Shown here: one piece after another, positions 1 through 10,363 of the stretch
Numbering within the stretch: the stretch's first letter is position 1
How the letters are laid out: each line of letters opens with the position of its first letter
Source of the DNA: Candidatus [Bacteroides] periocalifornicus
GTDB lineage: Bacteria > Bacteroidota > Bacteroidia > Bacteroidales > CAJPTX01
Length of the DNA stretch: 64,000 nt
NCBI GenBank assembly: GCA_001421095.1
Contig: LIIK01000008.1
Location: 2,791-66,790 of the forward strand
Reading direction: 5' to 3'
Position numbers and translations under genes: made by a program
Notes under the pieces: generated by a model
What the model saw: the letters and a program-made list of their open reading frames with translations, nothing else
Database searches by the model: none
Told to the model about the DNA's origin: nothing

Positions 1-908
1 TAGGCTTTGGCCAGTCGGGTTAGGCGGGCAGATAGCCTCCGTTTACGCTCTGGGGCTGGGAGCTGACGGGTGATGTTCACCGCCTCGGTGTAGTACTCTA
101 TGGCTGCCAGGGGCGTGCCTTTGGCGAGATATATCGAGCCAAGGTTGCAGAAGGCAGTAGCAATGAGGGTTGAGTCGGCGAGCTCGTTGGCTAGTCGCTG
201 CGCTTTTTGCGCAATGGGAATGGCCTCGGAGTAGATGCCGAGCTGGGCGAGATTGGCGGCTTGGAGCGAGAGCGCGCTGAATTCCGTGTAGGGGGTAGAG
301 TGCGCCTCCAGCGCGGGAATGGCCAGGTCGCAGCCTTGCGACGATTCGAGGTAGAGGTTTCGGTGGTAGAGCTTATAGGCTAGGTACAGGCGTAGGTGGG
401 CTAATGCGCAGCTGGGGTGGGCGCCTAGGTAGCTGAACAGGCTTGCGCTGCAGGGCGCCATGGGGGAGAGGCTCACGGAATCGAGCGCCAAGTAGAGCGA
501 CGGGGTTTGCAGGAACAGGGAGAGTAGATGCTGCGAGGTTCCCCCGATGCCCTCTAGCGAATCGGGGATCGGGTGGGTTCGACACCAGCGGCAGTTGGCA
601 TCTACGGTGGTGGTAGGGGCTACGAATCCTGGTTCAGGCTGGACGTTTTGCTGCAGGATGTGGAGGAATGCGGAAGCTTCGCGCGAGAGCGCATGCTCCC
701 AGGTCGATAGCGTGTCGGGCTCTTCCTGTTCACTGTAGAAGTAGAATGAATGCGGCCATCGCCCCTGCGCGGTAGCATGCCCAGAGGTGGCCACCACACC
801 GCTTAGCCCGAGCAGCAGGGCTGCACAGCTCCGTATCGCCACGGGCCTTACAATGTGTAGCCATTGGCGGCGCCATTGTTCTACAAATAGGGTAAGAAAG
901 ACTGGCAT
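1..908 (-). CDS. TPR-repeat protein, N-terminal portion (gene runs off the window start)
   Basis: Not in the ORF track because no stop lies inside the window. My manual minus-strand translation from the ATG at 908-906 stays open to position 3. It reads MPVFLTLFVEQWRRQW...SCAALLLGLSGVVATSGHATAQG (signal/TM-like), then LGIYSEAIPIAQKAQRLANELADSTLIATAFCNLGSIYLAKGTPLAAIEYYTEAVNI (TPR-like A/G/Y/L spacing). Confidence 0.55.
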   Translation of the reverse strand, partial: MPVFLTLFVEQWRRQWLHIVRPVAIRSCAALLLGLSGVVATSGHATAQGRWPHSFYFYSEQEEPDTLSTWEHALSREASAFLHILQQNVQPEPGFVAPTTTVDANCRWCRTHPIPDSLEGIGGTSQHLLSLFLQTPSLYLALDSVSLSPMAPCSASLFSYLGAHPSCALAHLRLYLAYKLYHRNLYLESSQGCDLAIPALEAHSTPYTEFSALSLQAANLAQLGIYSEAIPIAQKAQRLANELADSTLIATAFCNLGSIYLAKGTPLAAIEYYTEAVNITRQLPAPERKRRLSARLTRLAKA

Positions 909-1328
909 GGTACGGCACGCAAAGAGCTTGGTTGATTGGTAATGGCTCTGGGCAATTCTACAGGGCTTGCCTCTGAGCACCAGTAACGTGGGATTGTTTT
1001 AGAATGGACTTGGGCTAGGCTGATGTAATACTTGGATGTCGATGGCTAGGATGGTGCAAGCGTGAACCCCTGCGGCATAGGGGCTTACTACGTGCGCGGT
1101 TGTTGAATTGCGTTCTGCGAGTTAATAAACAATGAAAAACGGGACGACTGCGCTCTATTTTGCGGGGTTTTTCGTGCGACAAAGTAACTAAAAAAAAGAA
1201 TTCGCGCCAAACGTGAAAGGGGCAACTCTTACTTTTTGAATATATTATTTACCATGTGGAGAGGGGGTGCAGGAATCGGGGTAAATCTGGGGCGGGGGTT
1301 CGTATTCTTTTTTGTCGAAAAAAAGTTT

Positions 1329-1336
1329 TACATTTG
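1329..1336 (+). promoter_or_regulatory. Bacteroidota -7 promoter box (tacatttg, TAnnTTTG)
   Basis: Matches the TAnnTTTG consensus, 60 nt upstream of the first ATG of the M23 peptidase gene. Confidence 0.4.
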
Positions 1337-1395
1337 CCGCCTAGTTGGTCAGTGTAAAATGGCTAACGGCATCGCGAGGAGCAGCAGATTTTTGT

Positions 1396-2367
1396 ATGGC
1401 GAGGGAGGGTTACCATTTTAATCGGGAGTCGCTGAGCTTTACGCAGGTTGGGCAGAGCTGGGGACGGCGAATCTTCGGGTGGGTAAAGTACATGCTGGCG
1501 GGCTTTGGACTGGCCGTGATATGCTACTTGGTCTACTCGCTATCGTTCTACACGCCTCGGGAGCGGCAAATGCAGGACAACAACCGTCTACTGGCCGATT
1601 ACGTCAAGACCCTACAGGCTCGGTACGATAACGTAAGCGCCGTGCTCAAGGATCTGGAGCAGCGTGACAATACGATATACCGCGTGATATTTGAGGCCGA
1701 GCCGGCTTTAGACGATGAGCAGGCCGCCGCGCAGATGATAGGGCAGATGTACGATCAGGCCAAACGGGAGGGCTGCGAGGCTATGCAGGAGACCACAAAG
1801 GATGTGCTCATAGGGCTAGCCGATAGGGCGCGCGAGGCCTCCGCTTCTTTTAACGATATAGTGGAGCTGGCGCAGGCCGATACGCTCTTCGCACGGGAGG
1901 TGCCTAGTATCCAACCGCTCGATAATTCAACCCTTACCCGTGTGGCGGCACCCTTTGGCGTGCGGATGCACCCCTTCTACAAGATGCTGCGCCTGCATAC
2001 GGGCTTGGATTACGCCGCGCCGGTGGGTTATCCTGTGCGGGCCACGGCGAATGGGGTGGTGAAGGATGTAGTTCGCTCCCAGCGTGGGTATGGAAATACG
2101 GTGATCGTAACGCATGCCAGAGGTTACAGCACGCTATACGCGCATTTGGATGAGATAAAGGTGAAGAAGGGGGCCAAGGTGCGCCAAGGTGAACCCCTGG
2201 GGACGGTGGGCTCTACGGGCATGTGCATGGCGCCAGCGCTCCACTACGAGGTGCACTTTGAGGGGCGTCCTGTAGATCCGGTGAACTATTTTTTCCTGGA
2301 GTTGGATCCGCTACAGCTAGCTCGCCTTGCCAAGCTGGCTGGCCAAACGGGGCAGTCTATGGACTGA
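1396..2367 (+). CDS. M23/LytM family metallopeptidase
   Basis: Motifs HTGLDYAAPVGYPV, GYGNTVIVTHARGYSTLYAHL and GSTGMCMAPALHYEV. One N-terminal TM helix. The track start (1345) is TTG; the first ATG is at 1396. Confidence 0.85.
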   Translation: MAREGYHFNRESLSFTQVGQSWGRRIFGWVKYMLAGFGLAVICYLVYSLSFYTPRERQMQDNNRLLADYVKTLQARYDNVSAVLKDLEQRDNTIYRVIFEAEPALDDEQAAAQMIGQMYDQAKREGCEAMQETTKDVLIGLADRAREASASFNDIVELAQADTLFAREVPSIQPLDNSTLTRVAAPFGVRMHPFYKMLRLHTGLDYAAPVGYPVRATANGVVKDVVRSQRGYGNTVIVTHARGYSTLYAHLDEIKVKKGAKVRQGEPLGTVGSTGMCMAPALHYEVHFEGRPVDPVNYFFLELDPLQLARLAKLAGQTGQSMD

Positions 2368-2407
2368 GCCTGAGGTCTAATTTTGCGTAACTTAGGTAGG
2401 AAGGGAA

Positions 2408-3790
2408 ATGCGTCGTAATCGGCAAGCGATATTCTGCGTTGTTTCAGTTTTCACCTCGCTGTTGCTGGCGGGTAGGGCTTTGGGGCATGATGTGTCTGCA
2501 CAAACCCTTGGGAGGGGCGAGGATACGCTGGTGCGGAGAGATACCCTGGTAATGCCGCCAGCCGACACCGTGAAGGGGGCTGTTCGCCCGTTGCAGGCAG
2601 GTGTGGATTCAGTGCGTATACAGCTCGATTCGGGGAGAATTCTGACAGATTCTGCTCATCTACAGCTCGATACGCTGCAGGGAGGACGGGATACCGCAAG
2701 ATACCCTACCGATTCGATACGGCAGGTGCTCGACTCCGTGGCGGTGCCCGTAGATACTACCATCACCATAATGGCGGTGGGCGATGTGATGCTGGGGAGC
2801 GACTTTCCCAGTAAGAATCAGCTACCACCACGTGATGATGCCGATGCGTTGCTACGAGAGGTTCAAGGGCTCTTCAAGCGCGGCGATGTGGTTTTTGGCA
2901 ATCTGGAGGGTGCGTTCCTGGCGGGTGGGCATCCAGCCAAGAGCTGCAAGGACCCCAGTCGCTGCTATCTATTCCGCATGCCGCCTCGCTATGCAGCAGC
3001 GCTACAGCGGGCAGGCTTTACCGCGATTAGCAATGCGAACAACCATGTGGGGGATTTTGGCGAACCCGCACGGCGGTGCACGGGGCGCCTGCTCGATTCG
3101 CTGGGCATTGCACGGGCAGGATTGCTATCGCACCCTGTGGACACTATCTGGGTGAAAGGGGTTAAGATTGGCCTGTGCGCTTTTGCCCCGAATTCAGGGT
3201 GCTGCCAGCTGAATGACTACGCGGGGCTAAGGAGGATAGTGGCCGGGCTAAAGGCCAAGTGCCAGCTGGTGATAGCCTCGTGCCACATGGGGGGTGAAGG
3301 CTCTGCGCAAACCCACATCACCAAGCAGCGGGAGATATTCCTTGGCGAGAACAGGGGAAACCCCTATGAGATAGCCAGGGTGCTGATAGATGCTGGGGCC
3401 GATGTGGTGATAGGGCATGGGCCGCACGTTACCCGGGCGGTAGACATCTATAAGGGTCGCCTAATAGCCTACAGTCTTGGGAATTTCTGCACATACGGGG
3501 GCTTCAACCTTCGTGGCGTGTGCGGCATATCGCCAGTGCTGGAGGTTCGGGTAGGGCCTAGTGGTCAGTTCCTAGGGGGTAGGGTGCATGCTACGCGGCA
3601 AGAGGGGCGAGGAGGTGTACGGCTAGATGCTGCAGGCACGGTGATAGCGGAGATCCGTCGGCTAATGGCTCATGATATACCTGAAACTCAACTGGTGGTG
3701 CATGAGGATGGAGAAATGGGGCTAAAGAGTAGGGTGAAGGCAGAGAATGCGGTACGTGACTCCGTGCGGCAGCCCCAGGGTGTGCAATGA
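2408..3790 (+). CDS. CapA (PGA_cap) family metallophosphatase-like protein
   Basis: Signal peptide, then MAVGDVMLG, GNLEG, ANNHVGDFG, HMGGEG, GHGPHV and YSLGNF. Confidence 0.8.
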   Translation: MRRNRQAIFCVVSVFTSLLLAGRALGHDVSAQTLGRGEDTLVRRDTLVMPPADTVKGAVRPLQAGVDSVRIQLDSGRILTDSAHLQLDTLQGGRDTARYPTDSIRQVLDSVAVPVDTTITIMAVGDVMLGSDFPSKNQLPPRDDADALLREVQGLFKRGDVVFGNLEGAFLAGGHPAKSCKDPSRCYLFRMPPRYAAALQRAGFTAISNANNHVGDFGEPARRCTGRLLDSLGIARAGLLSHPVDTIWVKGVKIGLCAFAPNSGCCQLNDYAGLRRIVAGLKAKCQLVIASCHMGGEGSAQTHITKQREIFLGENRGNPYEIARVLIDAGADVVIGHGPHVTRAVDIYKGRLIAYSLGNFCTYGGFNLRGVCGISPVLEVRVGPSGQFLGGRVHATRQEGRGGVRLDAAGTVIAEIRRLMAHDIPETQLVVHEDGEMGLKSRVKAENAVRDSVRQPQGVQ

Positions 3791-3928
3791 ATGGCGAGGG
3801 TGGCGCTTTTTATGCCGACCTCCTGCCAGCGGAGGGGAAGTTTTTAGCTTGTGGTAATTCAATCAAAAAGGGGGCGTTTCTTCTGATAGCGAAGAGGCTC
3901 GGTTTCCAAAAGGTCAGGAGGCTGGATT

Positions 3929-4267
3929 ATGGAGAGCGACAACCAAGACAGTAAGCATAGGCTGTACTACTCTATAAAAGAGGTGGCAAAGTTGCTCAAT
4001 GAGGAGCCCACAACCCTACGCTACTGGGAGCGGAATTTCCCTCAATTGCAGCCGCGTAGGTCTGGGAACGGGCGCCGCCAGTACACGCTGGAGAACGTGG
4101 AGGTGCTACGCAAAATCCGCCACATGCTCCGCGAGGAGGGGTTCTCTATAAGCAGGGCGCGTGGTAGGCTGGAGCAGCTCGGCAGCGAGGAGATGCGTAG
4201 GATAGAGATACTGGCGAGCCTCAACCGTATGCGAGTGCTCCTCCATGAGCTCCGAAAGCTGGTGTGA
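3929..4267 (+). CDS. MerR family transcriptional regulator
   Basis: N-terminal HTH YSIKEVAKLLNEEPTTLRYWERNF...GRRQYTLENVEVLRKI, followed by a coiled-coil tail. Confidence 0.8.
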   Translation: MESDNQDSKHRLYYSIKEVAKLLNEEPTTLRYWERNFPQLQPRRSGNGRRQYTLENVEVLRKIRHMLREEGFSISRARGRLEQLGSEEMRRIEILASLNRMRVLLHELRKLV

Positions 4268-4380
4268 GGGGGGAAGTGTAGTAACGGGTAATTTTTCTGA
4301 AAAAAAAACGGTTCTCTGGGGGTGAGCATTAACTATAGAAACAGCCTACTAAGCTCTCGGTAGTAGCCAATCAGGCTTTA

Positions 4381-5526
4381 ATGCTCTTCGGCCTGATCGA
4401 TAATCCAGTATTTATGGAAGGTGCGGTTAGCTTTGCAGACATAGAGAGTGTGGTGGGTGAATGGGCACCCTGGGCTCTCCAAGAAAGCTATGATAATAGC
4501 GGGCTTCTGCTTGGCGAACGGGATACGAAGGTCACGGGCATCCTGGTTAGTTTCGATATACGGGAGGCCGTGGTGGAGGAGGCGGTAGAACGGGGATGCA
4601 ATCTGGTAGTGAGTCACCATCCGTTGGTATTCAAAGGATTGAAGAACCTACGGGGTGATGATCCCGTATCGCGAACGGTGATGCTAGCATTGCGTAATAG
4701 GGTTGGCGTGCTTGCAGCCCATACGAATGCCGATAGCACAAACGGAGGGGTAAGCTACCTGCTAGGCGCAAGGTTGGGGCTGAAATCGATGCGCGCGCTG
4801 GTGCCGAAAGATGGGCAGATTCTAAAACTCGCAGCCTATGTTCCGCCCGAGGCGGTAGAGGGGGTACTAGCAGCCCTCCATGCGGCAGGCGCTGGGTGCA
4901 TAGGAGCGTATAGCCACTGTTCGTTCAGCACGCAGGGGGAGGGGAGGTTTTACGCACCGCCAGAGAGCGCGCCCTATGCAGGAGCTAAGGGACAGCTCAA
5001 TAGGGTAGGGGAGGTGCGGATAGAAACGGTATGCCCATCGTATCGACTCGCCTCCGTGCTGGAGGCTCTGGTGGAGGCGCACCCCTATGAAGAGCCTGCC
5101 TATGATGTCTATCAATTGATTAACAGAGACTCTAGGGTAGGGCTGGGATGTATAGGTATGCTAGACGAAGCGTTGGATGAGAAGGGCTTTTTGGCGCGAG
5201 TGGCCGAGTCGCTCGGTACGCCTTGGCTGCGCTATAGCAACCCCACGGGGCACCTGGTGCGCCGGGTGGCGGTATGCGGGGGGAGTGGGGCCGATATGAT
5301 AGGCCAAGCTATGGCGCAGGGGGCTGACGCTTACGTTACAGCCGATGTGAAATACCATGATTTCCAGCAACCTGTAGGCCGAATGCTGCTGGTGGATGCT
5401 GGGCATAGGGAGAGTGAACTTATGGTGGTGGAGGCCTTGAGGAAGCTTATCCAAGAAAGATTTACTACATTTGCGGTTTGGGAGAGCAGCCAAGATGCCT
5501 CCCCAGTGCACTACTATAGACGTTAA
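4381..5526 (+). CDS. Nif3-like dinuclear metal centre protein (YbgI/GTP cyclohydrolase 1 type 2 family)
   Basis: Motifs DNSGLLLGE, VVSHHPLVFKG, AAHTNAD, VAVCGGSG and YVTADVKYHDF, with a PII-like insert. An alternative ATG lies at 4414. Confidence 0.85.
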   Translation: MLFGLIDNPVFMEGAVSFADIESVVGEWAPWALQESYDNSGLLLGERDTKVTGILVSFDIREAVVEEAVERGCNLVVSHHPLVFKGLKNLRGDDPVSRTVMLALRNRVGVLAAHTNADSTNGGVSYLLGARLGLKSMRALVPKDGQILKLAAYVPPEAVEGVLAALHAAGAGCIGAYSHCSFSTQGEGRFYAPPESAPYAGAKGQLNRVGEVRIETVCPSYRLASVLEALVEAHPYEEPAYDVYQLINRDSRVGLGCIGMLDEALDEKGFLARVAESLGTPWLRYSNPTGHLVRRVAVCGGSGADMIGQAMAQGADAYVTADVKYHDFQQPVGRMLLVDAGHRESELMVVEALRKLIQERFTTFAVWESSQDASPVHYYRR

Positions 5527-5539
5527 TACAGAGCTACAA

Positions 5540-6322
5540 ATGGCAGAGGAGATACGAGAAGAGCAGCCGACGGTGGCCACGCGCGAGGAGCGCACGATGG
5601 ATGAGAACCTACAGGTACTCTATAACCTTCAGCGCGTAGATTCCAAGATCGACCATTTCCGTCGCCTACGGGGCGAACTTCCCGAAGAGGTGCGCGACCT
5701 AGAGGATGAGATAGAGGGGCTACGGACTCGTGTGGCCAACCTAGAAGGCGAACTGCAAGGTGGGCTGGAGCAGATATCATCCAAGCGTATAGAGATCAGG
5801 GCGATAGAGAACCAGATATCTAAGTACGCCGAGCAGCAGAAGAATGTGCGCAATAACCGGGAGTACGATTCGCTTACCAACGAGCTAGAGTACCAGCGCC
5901 TTGAGGTGGATCTGCGCAATAAGCAGATACGAGACATTAAAACCCGCAATGAGGGGGTAAGTCGGCAGCTGGAGGTGGCTAAGCGCCATATAGCCGAGAG
6001 GGAGCTAGACCTAGGTGTGAAGCGCTCTGAGCTGCAGGGTATAATAGACGAAACGGAGAAGGAGGAGGCAGAATTGCGGGCAGAATCTGAAACCCTACAG
6101 TCCAAACTGCCCGAGCGCGTGCTGCAGGGATACCTACGGATACGGAATAGCGTGCGCAATGGGCTGGCGGTAGTCTCCGTAAAACGGAATGCCTGCGGCG
6201 GGTGTTTTAATAGGATACCTCCCCAGCGTCTGCTAGATATTCGTATGCAGAAGCGGATAATTGTATGCGAGTACTGCGGGAGAATCCTAGTGTGGGATGA
6301 GCATGCGGAGGATGAGGAGTAG
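5540..6322 (+). CDS. Zinc-ribbon/coiled-coil protein (COG1579, zf-RING_7 type), conserved Nif3 partner
   Basis: Long coiled coil ending in CGGCFNRIPPQ...VCEYCGRIL. The ATG at 5540 lies 14 nt after the nif3 stop; the track start at 5471 overlaps nif3. Confidence 0.8.
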   Translation: MAEEIREEQPTVATREERTMDENLQVLYNLQRVDSKIDHFRRLRGELPEEVRDLEDEIEGLRTRVANLEGELQGGLEQISSKRIEIRAIENQISKYAEQQKNVRNNREYDSLTNELEYQRLEVDLRNKQIRDIKTRNEGVSRQLEVAKRHIAERELDLGVKRSELQGIIDETEKEEAELRAESETLQSKLPERVLQGYLRIRNSVRNGLAVVSVKRNACGGCFNRIPPQRLLDIRMQKRIIVCEYCGRILVWDEHAEDEE

Positions 6323-6366
6323 CACGGGGGTGTGATGGCTCGTCTAGTGTAGATTTATTGGTAGCG

Positions 6367-6407
6367 CGGGGTAGGGCAGTCTGTCAGATTTGCTCTACCC
6401 CGTTTTT
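6367..6407 (+). terminator. Rho-independent terminator
   Basis: 12-bp stem cggggtagggca/tgctctaccccg followed by TTTTT. Confidence 0.6.
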
Positions 6408-6505
6408 ACTTTTATAGACATTGTTGGTTATCAGCCCTGTGAAGTGGCATTAAATGGGCAGAGGCTTATTGCGTGTAGAGTAGGGACTCAAAGAGCAGGA
6501 AGGGT

Positions 6506-8641
6506 ATGCGAATACTAGGCTGGTTTGGGCGGCTCCGGGTGAGGGTGGCCTTGATCTTTGGGGTATCTGCAGTGTTGCTGTACCTTTTGATACCCAGGAA
6601 CGCAAGGTTCTACTATGATTACCAGAAGGGTAAGGTGTGGACCTACAGCACCCTGATAGCACCTTACGATTACCCCCTCTATAAACCCGCAGAGGAGTAT
6701 GCCAAGGAGCTAGATGCGGTGCGTAAGCGCGCTGTGCCGATTTTTCAGCTAGACACCTCGGTGGCGGCAAATACAGAAACGGCGCTGGTGCGGGTTCTCG
6801 ATGCGCATTTGCTGGCGCGGTATGATTCCCTTTTGCTGCAAGGGCGAGGAGGACATGCTATAGGGCCTAGAAGCCTGCCAGAGGCTGAATTGCAGCGTCT
6901 CCATGAGTTGCTGTCATACATCTATGGGGTAGGGGTGGTGGAGAATCCGCAAGTGCTGCAAGTGGCCAATGGGGTCTCCTTCTCGGTGCTGCGCGATGGT
7001 ATAGCCTACCCTACTGCATTGGATGAGGTTTTTACCCCAGTGGTAGCTGCGGGTCGTATAGTAGCAGAGCTTCGCAACAGGCTGGGCAATGAGGTGGGCG
7101 GTGCTCTGGGTGGGGTATCCGCAGTGGCCAAGCGGATTCAGCCCAACCTACGCTACGATGCCGAGCTCTCTGGGCAGATAATCCAAGAACGGATGGCTGC
7201 CGTATCGCGGGTTCAGGGCTTGGTGCGCAAAGGGGAACATGTGGCCGAGAAGGGAGAGGTGGTAAATGAGGAGACCTTTATCAGGCTCGAGTCTCTACGC
7301 GAGGAGATGGTCAACCAGAGGGCAGAGGGGGGCTGGAGCGTAGTCCAGGAGGTTTGCCATGCTGTACTCTCGGTGCTGGTCATGGGGCTCTTCCTGTTGT
7401 TCATGGTGCGGGTTTACCCGAGGGTGCTTCGGCATACCCGAAAGCTGCTATTCATCATGCTGTTGGCCGGCTTGATGACCACGGTCGCCTTTCTCGTGAT
7501 ACGCTTTTCGCCACAGTTTCTCTACGTGGTTCCGGTGGCCATCGTACCATTGCTGGTACTCACATTCTTTGATGCCCGGCTAGCTTTCATGACCTACCTG
7601 ATGGTGGTAAGCTGCATCAGTTTCCATGCGCCTAACAGCTTTGCGTTCGTGGTGATGAGCTTTGCGGTTGGCCTGGTGGCAGTGTATGCCCAACGCCATA
7701 TATACCGCCGGGGGCAGCTCTTTAGCCTAGTGATTTGCATGCTACTCTGCAGCGAGCTGACCTATGTGGTGATGAAGGTGATTCAGGAAGGGGAATTGAA
7801 CCGGATCGACTGGATGGATGCCGCGCTCCTGGGTGGCAATGCGCTTTTGGTGCTGGCTACCTACCAGCTGATTTACCCAATCGAACGGATTTTTGGCTTT
7901 GTGTCGCACACCACGCTCATGGAGCTTTGCGATACGAACCAACCCCTGCTGCGCGAGCTTGGCGAAAAAGCGCCTGGTACGCTGCAGCATAGCCTACAAG
8001 TGGCCAACCTTGCCGAGGCGGCTGCATTGAAAATCGGTGCCGATGCCCTGCTGGTGCGTACCGGTGCTCTGTACCACGATATTGGGAAGATGGAGCATCC
8101 TGAATTCTTCACCGAGAACCAGCACCCAGGGATGAATCCGCATGCCCAGCTCAGCGAGATAGAGAGCTCTCGGGTGATAGTGGCCCATGTGGCCAATGGC
8201 ATACAGCTAGCCCATAAGCATCGGCTGCCTCAGCAGGTGGTAGATTTTATACGAACGCACCACGGCACTACCAAAACCGAGTATTTCTACAGAACCTACC
8301 GGATGAAGCACCCCGATGAGCCAGACTGCCCTGAGCTGTTTCAGTACCCGGGCCCTCGCCCCTTTAGCCGAGAAATGGCGCTGCTCATGATGGCAGATTC
8401 CATAGAGGCTGCCTCGCGTAGCCTGAAGGTTATAACCGAGGAGAGCCTCCAGGAGCTTGTGGATAAGATTATAGCCAACCAGCAGCGTGAGGAACAGTAC
8501 GCAGATACGAACCTCACCTTCAGGGATGTGAAGATAGTAAAGGAACTCTTTGTAAGCAAGCTGCAGAATATTTACCACACGAGGATCGAGTACCCCGCAG
8601 AAGTGGACAGCGAGCAGGAAAAGAAATCGTCAGAATCATAG
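6506..8641 (+). CDS. 7TM receptor with intracellular HD/HDIG phosphohydrolase domain
   Basis: Extracytoplasmic N-terminal domain, a multi-TM block, and a C-terminal HD domain (LYHDIGK, IRTHHGTT). Confidence 0.8.
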   Translation: MRILGWFGRLRVRVALIFGVSAVLLYLLIPRNARFYYDYQKGKVWTYSTLIAPYDYPLYKPAEEYAKELDAVRKRAVPIFQLDTSVAANTETALVRVLDAHLLARYDSLLLQGRGGHAIGPRSLPEAELQRLHELLSYIYGVGVVENPQVLQVANGVSFSVLRDGIAYPTALDEVFTPVVAAGRIVAELRNRLGNEVGGALGGVSAVAKRIQPNLRYDAELSGQIIQERMAAVSRVQGLVRKGEHVAEKGEVVNEETFIRLESLREEMVNQRAEGGWSVVQEVCHAVLSVLVMGLFLLFMVRVYPRVLRHTRKLLFIMLLAGLMTTVAFLVIRFSPQFLYVVPVAIVPLLVLTFFDARLAFMTYLMVVSCISFHAPNSFAFVVMSFAVGLVAVYAQRHIYRRGQLFSLVICMLLCSELTYVVMKVIQEGELNRIDWMDAALLGGNALLVLATYQLIYPIERIFGFVSHTTLMELCDTNQPLLRELGEKAPGTLQHSLQVANLAEAAALKIGADALLVRTGALYHDIGKMEHPEFFTENQHPGMNPHAQLSEIESSRVIVAHVANGIQLAHKHRLPQQVVDFIRTHHGTTKTEYFYRTYRMKHPDEPDCPELFQYPGPRPFSREMALLMMADSIEAASRSLKVITEESLQELVDKIIANQQREEQYADTNLTFRDVKIVKELFVSKLQNIYHTRIEYPAEVDSEQEKKSSES

Positions 8642-8695
8642 AATTCACATTGTTAAAATGAGTTTTTAACTGCTTCAAAAGGCCAAAATAGAACG

Positions 8696-10018
8696 ATGGA
8701 TGCAGAGACGATGATAGTAACGGAGCAGACCTATATTAACTTGCTGCGTAGCGAGGTGGTGCCGGCTCTTGGGTGTACAGAACCCATAGCTGTGGCGCTG
8801 GCAGTAGCCCGGGCGCGTGAGGCTCTCCCTGGCCAATGTGTACGTGTATCGGTGGCCACAAGCGCCAATATCTATAAAAACGGTATGGGGGTCGGAATCC
8901 CAGGCACTGGCCAAACCGGGCTAACCATTGCTGCCGCTCTAGGCGCTATAGAGGGACGGTCTGCCGACAGCCTAGAGTTGCTAAAGCACGTGAATGCCGA
9001 GGTAGTGGCTAGGGCTCGCCAGCTGGTGGCCGAGGGGGCGGTAGACATCCACATTCAGGAGGGGTCGCCTAAGCTGTATGTGCGTGCCACACTGCATGAT
9101 AAGGAGGGCAATGTGGCTACCTGTACTATACAGGATAAGCACTCGTCCATAGCAGAGGTTACGCTGAATGGCAAATCGCTGCTTGCGGGTGGCGACGGAA
9201 CGGTGGATGATAGCGAATGCCATGCAGCACCTAGCGATGGGAGCGCGGCTAGGGCTATCACGGTGGCCGGAATTTTCGATTTTGCCGATAGAGTCCCGAT
9301 AGAAAAGATTGCATTTATACTTGAGAGCGAGAAGCTTAATAGAAAGATTGCGCAGGAGGGGCTCTCTGGCAACTACGGCCTTGAGGTGGGACGGAAAATA
9401 AAAGAGAGAATGGAGGCTGGCACGCTCGGGAAGGGGCTGATGACCGAGGCGATGGCAATGACCGCGGCAGCTAGCGATGCCCGTATGGCGGGTTCTACCA
9501 CCCCGGTAATGAGCAATTCGGGGAGTGGGAACCAAGGGATTACCGCAACGCTCCCCGTGGTGGCTGCGGCAGACTATTTACACTCTAGCACCGAGAAGCT
9601 AACCAGGGCACTGGCCCTCTCGCACCTAGTGGCCATACACATCAAAGGGTATCTCGGTAGACTGTCGGCGCTCTGCGGCTGCGTGGTGGCCTCTTCTGGC
9701 GCTGGCTGCGGAATAGCCTACCTAATGGGCGGGGGTGAAAAGGAGGTGGAAGCTACGATTAAGAATATGCTTGGGAGCGTAACCGGGATGCTTTGCGATG
9801 GTGCCAAGGTCGGCTGTGCGCTTAAGGTCAGTTCTGGGGTAAGCACGGCGGTAACCTCAGCGCTCCTCGCAATGGAGGGTTCCTGTATATCGGCCAATGA
9901 CGGGATCATTGAGACTGATATAGAGCGTTGTATCCGTAATCTCGGCAACATCGGGGCAGAGGGCATGCGTGAGACCGACGAGATGGTTCTGGAAATCATG
10001 ACGCACAAGGCAGAGTAG
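8696..10018 (+). CDS. UPF0597/serine dehydratase alpha-like family protein (YhaM/CyuA-like, putative L-cysteine desulfidase)
   Basis: Family-typical N-terminus LRSEVVPALGCTEPIAVALAVA, then SNSGSGNQG and CDGAKVGCALK. Confidence 0.75.
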   Translation: MDAETMIVTEQTYINLLRSEVVPALGCTEPIAVALAVARAREALPGQCVRVSVATSANIYKNGMGVGIPGTGQTGLTIAAALGAIEGRSADSLELLKHVNAEVVARARQLVAEGAVDIHIQEGSPKLYVRATLHDKEGNVATCTIQDKHSSIAEVTLNGKSLLAGGDGTVDDSECHAAPSDGSAARAITVAGIFDFADRVPIEKIAFILESEKLNRKIAQEGLSGNYGLEVGRKIKERMEAGTLGKGLMTEAMAMTAAASDARMAGSTTPVMSNSGSGNQGITATLPVVAAADYLHSSTEKLTRALALSHLVAIHIKGYLGRLSALCGCVVASSGAGCGIAYLMGGGEKEVEATIKNMLGSVTGMLCDGAKVGCALKVSSGVSTAVTSALLAMEGSCISANDGIIETDIERCIRNLGNIGAEGMRETDEMVLEIMTHKAE

Positions 10019-10319
10019 GGTGATCGGCAAGCAACTGGTTAGCAATAGCGTAGCGAGATACGGAGAGCGGATGGAATTATCCACCCGCTCTCTCCGTAGA
10101 TTTTGCCTGTCCTTGGGATGGATTTCTACCACTGTTTGCGGGCATTTTGTCAATAAAAACGGCATATCTACGCTGTTGCATAATATTGACTAAGGAGCTT
10201 ATTTGAGGAGCGAATTTGAGTTTTTCAACAGGTTAAACCCTTTTCTAGGAAAGGGAACGATTGCAATAGGGCTTGAGGATCTGGGCTTCTGGTTTCGTGG
10301 TTTTCTAGAGAAATGCGGC

Positions 10320-10327
10320 TACCTTTG
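10320..10327 (+). promoter_or_regulatory. -7 promoter box (tacctttg)
   Basis: TAnnTTTG match 37 nt upstream of the aroC ATG. Confidence 0.5.
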
Positions 10328-10363
10328 CGGTGCAAGAAGTGCGGATTCTACTAGAGGCAGACT

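Noticed and set aside
5629-6159. 176-aa minus-strand ORF antisense to the zinc-ribbon/coiled-coil gene (similar long antisense ORFs at 45798-46517, 33424-34023, 62716-63273 and 13824-14426)
   Set aside because: These are low-complexity Ser/Arg-rich or otherwise featureless translations lying fully inside well-supported genes on the other strand. This is a typical high-GC antisense artefact.
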